Source: Bugula neritina (lineage: Eukaryota; Animalia; Bryozoa). From it: a DNA stretch of 64,000 nucleotides. A program made the translations under genes and the position numbers. Positions 22,771 to 34,300 of the stretch are shown here, in pieces (the first letter of the stretch is position 1; every line of letters starts with the position of its first letter). The notes under the pieces were generated by a model. That model worked only from the letters and a program-made list of their open reading frames with translations, did not search any database and had not been told where the DNA came from. The stretch covers positions 11,490,463-11,554,462 of the forward strand of contig OZ037770.1 of NCBI GenBank assembly GCA_964035545.1, given 5' to 3'.

Positions 22771-24667
22771 ACGCTGGAGATTCTAGCGCACACAGTACTA
22801 TGCTACTAATATTTTTAAAAGCTTCTAATAATCATGTATCTGCATTATATAATATAACTTTAACATTTGACATCTTATCTGGAAATTAACCCCATGTGTG
22901 TGAAACTACTGGTTTGAAAATTTGAGTTTCTGTTCAAATAACCCTGTGTGTAGGTTTACTCAGAGTTTCTATTAATAGAATATATATACATACTCACTTT
23001 TATATGACATACATATTATATATACATACTCACTTATATATAAGTATACACACATACACACACATTTACATGTATATTGTAGAAGAGAAGAGAGATGTAG
23101 AGGTAGACTTGGTTCCTGCAGGAGACATGATTTTTAGTTTAAACCAAGGAGTGACAACTCCTACTCTTCCTAAATCAGCAGACATGATTATTAGCTTAGA
23201 TCCCCCTGAATCTCTCAAACTCCTCCAGTCTGTTGATGTTTCTAGTTACTGTTTGTCTGTCTGTAAATATGAGGGCAACACTTATGTAGGGCTGAGTAAT
23301 GGTGCAGGGATAGACAGAATAGATGAGAGTTTCAGTGTTTCCAAGTCTTTTATTTCTCTTACTAAATATGTAACTGGAGTCACAGTACATAGGAACAAGC
23401 TGTATGCTCTAGAGCTTATCAGCAGCACTAATTGGGTGGTACATGTGTATGATCTTACTGGGAAACAGGTGACCAGTTGGTCTCACCATGATAGTAGTTG
23501 GGCTGTAAACAAACTTGCTATTGTTGATGATCAGGTTGTGGTTCCTGATAGACACAGTAAAAGACTTACAATCTACTCTCTTACTGGGGCTGTAGTTAAA
23601 CATGTCTCCTGCCCTCTACTCAGCAATAGTAATACAGCAATATGTGCAGCAGACAGACATTGTCTAGTGGTTTCTGACTCTGGTTCCTCTCAAGTATTTA
23701 AATTAGACTTGACAACAGAGAAAGTCATCTGGACATGCAAGGATGTATCTAGACCACAAGGTGTGACCTGCTATAGAAGTAAATATATTCTTGTGACTAA
23801 CTGCAGCAGTAAAACCACCATCTGGATACTGGATGTGGAGACAGGTTAGTTTTACATTGGTTAGTCAACTACTGTGACCAATATAATAGTATTTCTCACA
23901 GTCTTACACTATAAAATATACTATGCTATGTACTAGTGATGACACACTAATACATCGTTTCCTGTTACAGGTACACAACTGTCCAAAGTGGACGATCCAA
24001 CTGATAGAGCTAGGAGTAGTGTGTGTGATCTCCATGTGTATAATGACACTCTGATTGTACCTAGATACAGTGAGAAGAAAGTTCTGTTTTACCAGCTAAA
24101 CTAAACAGGTGTGGGACAGGATATTATTCTATCTTGTGGTACATTTATTATATTGTTTATCACACTAGACTCTGTTTGAATACATTTGGTGCTCAACTCT
24201 GTGTTTTCTACTAATGTACATATTTGTGATGATATGTCTGAGATGTACAACTTCTACATATACACTGTGCCTGTTATTTCTAGATGATTCTCAAAGTTGA
24301 CTCGGTAGACTGTGTTTTTCAACACGGAGCTATGATAGAGTGTGGGAGGCTGTACGATGTCCCAGTAACTAACTTATACACCTAAACATAACTAATTTCA
24401 AGTAATTATTTATTTTCACTTTATTTTTCACGTGTATCAATCCTATTCTATGCAGCCTGCGTAATTTCAGGGTATTAAGTAGACTGTAACTTTATATATC
24501 TAACATGATTTGCAATGAATGGTCATGTAGAGATCAATGTGATCCTCATGGTAACTCTAAGTCTACATTTCCTACAGACTGAAATACTATTATATCACAA
24601 TGTTTACTACTTGCTATCAAATACTAACCACTACTGCTACGTTCATTTTACTTTATAGTTTACATAT

Positions 24668-24940
24668 TGTTGTGCACAATAGTTACGTGGGTTTTCTAGT
24701 GAGTCCAATTAGTGTTAAGTATACGACAATTCAATGGTAATCTCTATTAGGATCTTTATTGTAACCATATAATATAAAGAAAAAATATATCTATGTATCA
24801 CCGTTTACTACTCTCTTACATCACTGCTAGCAACACTATATATCTAATATCGTTCTGCGTGGCTTAACACAGCCGGAGTACTAATGAGAGTGTTTGATTG
24901 GCAGAGGGCACGTGTGACGTATTTTCCACGCCCCATCACA
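24668..24940 (-). mobile_element. Solo LTR (273 bp) with ATAT target-site duplication
   Basis: TGTTGTG...CATCACA termini flanked by ATAT (24664-24667, 24941-24944); absent from the paralogous site after C6 (near 50675); AATAAA on the minus strand. Confidence 0.75.
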
Positions 24941-26433
24941 ATATGCTAGTTTTCATTCACTGTATTTGTGTGTCAGGTTATTATTTTATATAATGTATTA
25001 TATAACCTGTTTGATATTGTGCGATCATCTCATCATTTGATTGGCTGTCATAGAATATAATAGTCTAAGTGATTAATTGTTCCAATATATTCTATAAACA
25101 GTGAATAAATTAGAGTGATAATGGTTACTAATGGCAACATATTTTACTATAGATAACATCACCATGTCTCATTCCAGTAAAATAGTTTACAGCATTTCTA
25201 CTCTGTGTAGAGTATAACAATAGCAATGCTGTAGTTACTTGTAGATGCAGAGTTGTAGATTCTTACTTAAGTTACGACTTGGGTTATTAGAAAGGTTTTT
25301 GAAAAATTACATGCCATGCCATGGCATCCTGGTTAGTAGATTGTATTGTGCAGCACAAAGTTTGGGGTCACTGAGTGCAATGGCTGGGGACTTCTCAAGT
25401 TTGGATATGAACTTTGGGTGATGATGAGCACTGAACAATGGACTTGGTGACCTTGAACTTTGACTGCATGATTGTTGTTTCACAGGAAGTTTTTGAAAAG
25501 TTACATGTGATAGCACTGATTGATGCAGTACAATGTTTGGGGTCGCTGAGTTCTTTAGCACCCAGGACTGGCACTTAGGCCATCGTGTGTACTGTTTCTT
25601 ACATGCATTTCAAATAATTACTATTATATTATTACAGCAGATATCGTAGCTACAATAAATCATGACACATTTTTTATTATCCATGTAATTAAACCTAATT
25701 AGCCAAATAAATGATAGACCAAGACCATTTTCATCATAAAAATATTAGTGTTTTCAAGGTTGAAAAAATTGAGTATTCTTACGAAGATAAAGGGCATGGT
25801 AACATACACAACATAGTTTGTTGGTCTTTAAACTGTAGATCTAAATGCCAGACCACAATATAATACTACATCTACATTAGTTTGAATACAACTTTATAGC
25901 TTATATGCATATAACATATTGAATGACTAAATTCCACACCCATTTCCATATATCCATCCATATTCCAATTAATATTATTCTTCCCAATAATTGTGGAGTA
26001 ATTCATCTACAGATCGAATACTTTAAAGTTTAAAACCTAGTTTACACTTATAAACAGTATAACAGAAGAGTCACTATACAAGAAATAGTTGTAGTCTGTA
26101 TTGATTAGTAAGGTCATAGCTGCTCCACTGCTAGTACAAACAGAAACTGCACTCAAACCCAAAGATGCCAACATGGTGAGAGCTCCCTTTGTTTTAAAGG
26201 CTGTCATATGGATATCTACTGTATAAAGCATAAAAGTGAGATTCATAAAATGATGGGCAAACTACTTAATGGCATATGAAGCATCCAGCACATTATAATA
26301 TACAATGCTCCCTCTGTATCTCACTAAACTCTAAAACCTCAAACTGTGATATCTTAGAATATGTCAGGTTTCGTTAAAATTGATCATTTGGTCTCTATGC
26401 ACATGTACATCAGCCAAAAAAACAGGGCCCCAG

Positions 26434-26852
26434 TGTAGTGAACTTTTCTGTATAATAATTTAGAGTTGTCTTTCCAACTTTCTATTGTATATAATAACTT
26501 TTGTGCAATCATGTAAGCTGATTTCGGCTGAGAATCGGAGGTGTGAGGATGTCGGGATCGCCGACTGGGTTCGCGACATGCGATCGGACAAGTCGTAATT
26601 CGACATCTTCTCGGTGACCCCGATTTTCGGACGCGGTCGGCAGAAGTTTCTCGAAGGGATTTTTATCCAGTATATAAGGAGGCGAGCTCACAGAGTAGAT
26701 CAGCCTACCACTGAAACTCACAGGATACAGCCAAACACACAGATACTCTTATACCTTGCAATAAAGATTAGTCTACTCAACTTGGACAACCTTGTTTCTT
26801 ATATTACGGAGTTATGCTCCCCACCTAATTGCGTTCTACCCACAACACTACT
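26434..26852 (+). mobile_element. Probable solo LTR
   Basis: Insertion relative to the other type-B spacers; TGTAGTG...CACTAC(T) termini, TATA-like near 26671 and AATAAA at 26760. No clean TSD. Confidence 0.5.
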
Positions 26853-27045
26853 ATATAAGCTGCTTTCGTGACCTACAGAAACTCGTGAGAAAGGGGTCCT
26901 TAAGATACAGGGAACACTGTATCTAATATTAATTGCGCCAGGTTTTGTTTGGAAAGATAACTCTGAAGGAGGTACCCGATACGTAAATGTAGCTGCAACG
27001 CTCATCAATAGTGTTATTATTTTGGATTTACTGCATGCGTTATGA

Positions 27046-27070
27046 GGGAATTCCCCCAGTCCAGGGTAAG
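27046..27070 (+). promoter_or_regulatory. NF-kB/Rel consensus site GGGAATTCCC followed by donor-like CAGG/GTAAG (type-B upstream region, C5)
   Basis: Exact kB palindrome about 1.25 kb upstream of the ATG; conserved upstream of C6 and C8. Confidence 0.55.
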
Positions 27071-28308
27071 TTTTCTTTTAATCTCGCGTCTGCGCAGAAA
27101 GCTCTAACACTAAAAATATCTGTTACTGGTTACTAAGTTACTAAAGTCTTCCGCGTCGAGGTGAAGTTTGTCTCATTAATTGTTTACCGGCAGCAATAGC
27201 TGTAACTCTGTAAGAGTTAGCAAACTTGAAAGTGATATTCACTGTTATAAATTTTCAATTTTAAAGTCAACTTATTATAATTTTATCATCTGTAGTTTCA
27301 TCAAAGTTTCGGTTACACAGTTATACTGATAGTCATACAGATACTCATACTCATACTGTTTCACTCAATCTCACTCTGATTCACTTTACTCATAGTCAGT
27401 GACAGTCACACTGACACTCATTCACAGTACCACACTTAGTCTTGCTATGACAGCAAATGATCTAGTGTCAGTCACCGTGCCACATAGTTTTGAAAATTAC
27501 AATGATTATGATAGCATTTTTAATCAGCAAGATACTTGTGAATTAGTTACTATTGCTCAGTCTCATGATCATCTTCATTTTGAGTTTTTACTTCACGTGC
27601 TCATGATGATGATGATCATAGTCATACTCGTAATGATATTGAAGTTTAAATTATCAAATGATAAAAATTAAAATATTAGTAAAGCATATGTTTTGAAATT
27701 GAATAAAACTGCTCAACAGAACTTATTTAACTTACAGGGCCTCTGCTGTAGACCGTAGAGGTAGATGCAGTAACAGAAGCATTAGAAACTACATATATTT
27801 ATAACTATTTAAAATAGAAAAATTCCAACTTTTCCACATTGTATTGAATGTCAATAAAATGTATCATTTCTTGGGATATTGAGTGAATTGCAAGGAAAAC
27901 CTAATTCAAGGACCTTCATAATTTCTTTGGCTAGAAGTCGGGTTTCTTTGAATAATTTTAAAAAATTGCTCTTGTTACTAATTGATTTATTATGTAATTG
28001 CTCTGGACCATTGTCTGCAGTACACAAGTGTGTATTTACATCATGGTATTACAATATATAGTTTATTATACAGCAAGGGTTCATTATTGAAAAGATCGTT
28101 TTTAAGTTTTAGAGAGTGCTTGAAATACATTATATCAGCACTGCAGTTTTATAGTTGAGTTACATTCTACATTCTTTAAAGATAGTAAGTAGTGAGTCAG
28201 AAGAAACGCAGAAATAAACTATTAAATTCTCTCATTACAGTGAACTACATGGGATCTGAATACACTTTATAATATGTTCTCCTGTTTTATAATATAGAGT
28301 TGAGTGAA

Positions 28309-31300
28309 ATGGCTGCAGCAAAAGAAGTTGAGTGTGGATTCTGTTTACTAAAAGAAAGTTTAGAGAATCCCAAATGTCTACCGTGTGGTCATGTACACTG
28401 TTTACTATGTCTTACTCGTAATGTTGATGTGAATGACATGATCAGGTGTCCCTGGTGTAGGTAAGTTAGTTTTGTATAGGCAGAACTGAGGCATGCTGTT
28501 AGTGAAGAGTTCACGATTTACGTCATATGTCTTAACTTATACTAAATTATTGTATTCTATTATATATAGCTTGAACTATTGCTAAATGATCATGTGTCTT
28601 GTCATAGAGAAGTGTTTGATGTGAGAGTGGAGAATCTTCCATCTGCTGATGTAGCAGACAACTCCGTATCATGTGACGTCTGCACTAAAAAGGGGATGAA
28701 AAAAGTACCAGCAGTCATATACTGTACTGTGTGCCGTAAACTCTTCTGCAGAAAACATGATGAGGTGATACTTTCATTAAATACTTCTTCAGTTGATATT
28801 CAACACTGCATACTCTAACTCAGCCTCTGATTACATACTGTTTTACTTGAATGTTGATTCATAAGAAAACACTGAGAGATCATGTTTCACTTTTATCTGT
28901 TTTATCTGCTCTCATGCAAACTGCACATTTATTTTTAGACTTTGTGTTGGTGAGAATTTGTATGCTCCTATAAATTTTTGTAAATGTTTATATCATGTAT
29001 TTGTAAGTTTCGTTTCTTTTCCACTATATGGATAGTTGAGTTATATTTCTCAGTAAATATATATTCTGTTATATTCAGTCACATGATGACACCAATGATG
29101 ACCACCAGAAGATGACCATATCTGACTACAGAATACAAGCCAAGAGACTGGAGAGAAGAGTTTGTCCCAAACACACAGCATATCCCTACATACACGGGTG
29201 TAAAGTCTGTTTACAGCTGTTCTGTTTAAAGTGTGTCTCTTCAGGCAACTTGTGTGTTGGAGGTAAGAAAATTCTGCTGCAGTTATCTGCTAAAGTTTAG
29301 TAAATTTAACAAACAACAAGACCTCCTTCGTAGGAGAGCAACACTAGTGTAGTCGTTAGAGCACTGGTCAATGGTTTGGAGTCCTAGTGAAGGTCATTGG
29401 TGATGCTAGGAAGAGCGTTTAGTCATAACTATTTAATTGTCACAATAGAAAACAATACTTTAACCTACTTCCATCAGATGTTTGTTTGTTTGTTTTCATC
29501 AATATATATACATACATAAAGTAAAAAAAAATACAAGGGATCACCCAAAGGAGGTAATGATGAGGCCCAATAGTGCGCCATAGCAGAGGCTAGTCAAAGC
29601 CAGAGCCTGAATTGATTAACAATTAGTCAGTTAAGCCAGTCAAGTTATGTGAATTAAGTTAAGTCGGTTAAGTAAGTCAGTAAAGTAAATCAGTTAAGTT
29701 AAGTCATAGCTCTCCGGCAAAAACGCAAAAACTCACACTCGCCCTGAATGCACCGTGATCAGACTGGTTTTTAAGCTCAGGTTTTAACCTGTTCCCTAGC
29801 ACTGACTCCCGATAACATGTACTTCTTTGACCTGCAATGGTAGAGAAAAAGGAACGGGAAGATTTGATATTGAGAAGCGTGTACTGTAGGAGTGAACAAT
29901 TAAACTTTTGTTAGTGCTAGAGTAGTAAAATTTATGGGCTTTTTGCAAAATTTTCAGCTTATATAAATTTTCTATTTGAAGAATGCTAGCTTTTTTTTTA
30001 AAGAGAGGGGCTGTGTGATGCAAAATTTTTTTTAAAAAATATACTGCAAAATTTTTTTTGCAGTATATTTTTAAAAAAGATTTTTTGCATCACACAGCCC
30101 CTCTCACAGGAGTGGCTGTTATAAACCATTTGAGTTTTATGACCCCCTCAGTAGATCTGAGATTAAATTAAATTAAATCAATGGTAGAGTTTGAGTCAAT
30201 GTGATATTAAACGATCTGTTTTATTATTGCTTTTAGAATTATTATGCTTTCATAGCTTTTTGTTATGTCATTGAGGAATTAAAATAACCTTACCTATGTG
30301 ATAACTCTATCCAGCAGGCTGTAATGCAAAAAATTGTTTCTGTATATAATATTAGTTTGTTGTTCATCCAGTAGTCTTAGCATGTAGTGATATTTCAACT
30401 TCTCACTACCTTCTTGTTATGTAGTACTGGTTACTTGACTGTCTAACTACTGTGAGGTTATATTACTGTAGTGCTATCAGGTTAGCGAAATGTGGGCTTT
30501 TTTCATTTACTTTCATTTAAATTCTAGATTCTAAACACGACATCGTTAATCTAGATGATTTAATCAAAGAGCTTATCGATATAGATGATCTTCTCACCAC
30601 TGAAGACAAGATGTCTGCTTTCTTCAAACACCTTTCTAAAACTGTGTCAGACTTTGATAATGAGACAGAGGAATTGCTGAATATTCTTCATACACAGCGT
30701 GATGAACAGGTTCTGTGTTTATAGAAATACTTTCTGTTACTCTGTAATCTACATTCTGTAGTCAGGTGTTAGTAAAACATTACAATACTAATACTTAAGA
30801 GTAACAGCTAGCTAACTAGTTACTATTCTGTGTTTATTAAGGCACTATTTTGACTTTAGAATTTAGAAATGTTATGCGGAAGATATGTGCAGTTTTTTAA
30901 CTCAGTTTTGGAAAAAAATTTTCTAATAAGTTGTCAATATTCTACAATGTGATGATACAATGTATGATGTAGTTGACTGAAGTGAGACTGAAGTATGAGA
31001 AACTGGAGATGGAATTCTTAGCTAGTAGAAAGAAGACTAAAGAAGAGCTGAACCGATACATGGAAAGAGAAGTTGAAACTGTTTTGTCTCAACTGAGTAA
31101 CAGTAGAATGAAGATAGAAGCTCAACTTCGACAAAACCATCAGGTGAGCAGTGTTTATGAAATATATTTATAATAGTGTGGTAAATTTATGTTGTGTGTG
31201 TGTGTCCTTTGTTGCCGAGATCGGTACTTCGGTCCTCCGAAACACCGATATGCCGATTCTCGGCATATCGGAACACCGAAGTACCGAAATGCCGGATTCG

Positions 31301-34300
31301 GCATTTCGGATTCCCGAAGTACCGATATTCGGTATTTCGGGCCTCCGATCTCGGCAAACAAAGGAATGTCTTTGTCCTGCATGTATATAAAAGCCAGCGA
31401 GTTCCAGTATAGTTCAGTCTGCTACTGGAGCTCGCTGGATAAAGACCATTGATTCACTCGGACTATACTACAATAAAGATTATCTACATTTTACCTTATT
31501 TCTCGCCTTGTTTCTCATACAAGCATGTAACAGCACTAGTTTCATTCACAATCCACAAAACTATCACATTGGTGGCAGCGGTGGGATTCTACGAATAGCT
31601 AGTTGCTAAGAGAAATAGGATGGCCCCAGGGGACCCAGCCCCTGAGGCAGCAGCACCACCAGCCCTCACTATTGAGGCGCTGGTCACAGCCCTCCAGGGA
31701 TTGCGGGGGCAAGGACAGGCAGCACCTGGTGACAGGTATCGCCTCCAGCCCCCGACTTTCGGAGGAGATGGAGACGTGGAACAGTTCATCAAGGAGTTCG
31801 AGGACGTGGCCGCCACCGCTGAATGGCCAGTACGGGTGCGCGTCCTCCAACTCCGGGCCTGTCTGACAGGCCGGGCCAGGAACTTCGCACTGGGACCCGA
31901 CGAAGCCCACATCCTGCGGGCTCTTAGGGCCCGGTTCGGGTTGACCACGGAAGAGGCGTCAGACCAGCTACAAGTGATGAGGAGAGACCGAAGGACATCT
32001 CTGGAAGATCACGCTAACGAGGTAGAGCGCCTGGCTCAGGCTGCTTTCGGTCACGCCACTGGCGACGATCGGAAGCGCCTCATTTTTAACGCGTTCTTCC
32101 GGAGTGTGAACCACCCGGACCTCCAGCGGTACTGGCTAGCCGCAAAGGTCAAGAGCCTGGACGAAGCACTAGAGATGGGGAAGGCCTACTTCCAGGTGGA
32201 AGAGCCACGGAGGGCGAACTACGCAGCTCGCCAGGTGGCCGGAGATGCAGAAGAGATACCCCCAACCCCACAAGTGGCAGCAGCAGCTACCCCGTCACCT
32301 GAGCAGACGCAGCTCAACATGCTGATGAGCATGATGAAAGGCCTGCAGGCTACAGTGACGGAGTTGCAGCGCAACCAGACGGACAGGCGGGCTCCCCGCT
32401 CGCGGGACGACCCTGTCCGCCCCCCTATGCCCACTTGCTGGGAGTGCGGGATGCCAGGACATGTGAGAAGGCACTGCCCTAAGGGACAGAAGCCTTTAAA
32501 CACCCGAGGCTCACGGTGAATTCCGCCACCCGTGGGCCCCACGCCAATTCGGTCCGGGATAGGACTCGGAAGACAACAGAAGAGACCTCTCCAGAGTCGA
32601 CCTATATCGAGTGGCACGCAAACCGGAGATCTCGGAGACCGAAAGGCCTACCCGATCCTCCTGCCCTGCCACTCGATACCCGGATGGAACTAGAAGAAAC
32701 CGGATGGCAGGCACCTCGGAGATCTCGGAGGCCGCAAGGTCTACCCGATCCTCCAGCCTGGCCACTCCGTAACCGGTTCGCGGGGTTGCCCGAGGAGGTT
32801 GTGGAGGAGGATTCAGCTTACTCGCAAGAGTATCCCAAGCTACCCTCCCGACCTCAGAAAACCCCCGTTGTCTCTAAGACGAAGAGGAGGCCCGCTGTGC
32901 GGACCCAAGTCGTGTCTCCCCCAGAGACTGACCGCTCCAGGAGCACCCAGCCGTATGGAAGCAGCTACTTCCTGCCCGGAAAGATTTCGGGTAAAGCTGC
33001 CACATTCCTACTGGATACTGGGTGCACTACCAACCTGCTGAGTAGGCGTCTCTTTGACACCCTTGGTGCACGAGAGCGGGCGAGCCTCGAGCCGTATGAA
33101 GGTGCGCATGGTACGTTGGCGGACGGATCATGCATTCCTTTCTACGGCGTCATTTCACTACCTGGACGCGTCCGTGATCAAGCAGTTCACGAGACGTTCA
33201 TAGTCAGCCAGCTGAAGGAGGACGCCATCTTGGGAATGCCCTTCCTGGAGAAACACCAGTGCCACATGGATTTCCAGAAGTCAGTGGTGGTGATGGCTGG
33301 GAAGGAACTTGTCTGTGTTGACAAGTTTGGCAGGCCCTTGGTGGGCGGAGTCCAGGTAGTGCGGGACTGCACAGTTCCGGGGAGGTCCCAGGCGACTCTC
33401 CGATGCAGAGTCAACTGCAAGGAGATCGCCGGCCTGGGGATGGTTGAAGGAACGCACGGAGCCATCCGACTAGCAAACAGCCTGAATCGGCTAGATTGTC
33501 GGCAAGAGCTCCTCGTGCAGTGCATCAACCCCTTCACGGAACCTGTCCAATTATCGGCTGGAGCGCTGGTGGGGAAGTACCACTCCATCCAGGAAGCGGA
33601 TGTGGGTCCGGCACTGGAGACAGTGGCCGACAACCAGGGAAATCCCCCTCACACCAGACGAGAAGCAGTCCCGGAGCATCTGGCTGACCTGTATGGCGGA
33701 GCATGCGGAAACTGTACGAGTAGTACTGAACGCCAAGTACTGGCTCAACTACTCGCGGAGTACAGTGATGTCTTCAGTCGTGGCGATAGAGACATGGGGC
33801 TGACTAAGGTTATCTCTCACGAGATACCCCTGGCAGCCGACACCACTCCCATCAGGCAGCCTACCCGACGTCTGGGCCCGGAGAAGGAGAAGGAGGTGAG
33901 CCGACAGGTACAGGATCTTCTGGACCGGGATCTGATTGAGCCTGCCCACGGTGCGTGGAGCTCTCCAGTGGTCCTGGTCAAGAAGAAGGATGGTAGCTGG
34001 AGATTCTGCGTGGACTACCGCAGACTCAACAACGCTACCATCCAGGACGCCTACCCTCTCCCCCGGATAGATGAGTCTCTAGACGCCCTCGCGGGTAGCA
34101 AGTACTTCAGTACTTTGGATCTGCTTAGTGGGTACTGGCAAGTGCCCCTCAGCCCTGATGCACAGGACAAAGCAGCATTCATTACTCGCGACGGGCTCTG
34201 GAAATGGAAAGTACTGCCATTCGGACTGACGTCCGCTCCGGCAACATTCCAACGACTCATGGAGCAAGTCCTCAGTGGGTTACACTGGAAGACCCTCCTC

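Larger units (their letters stand above)
19528..24104 (+). pseudogene. TRIM copy C4 with a nonsense codon in the RING exon
   Basis: Exons 19528-19679, 19827-19983, 20299-20482, 21091-21272, 21512-21682, 22549-22657, 23083-23844, 23971-24104. Codon 22 is TAG (19591-19593) where paralogs have AAG/AAA; the rest is open. Confidence 0.8.
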
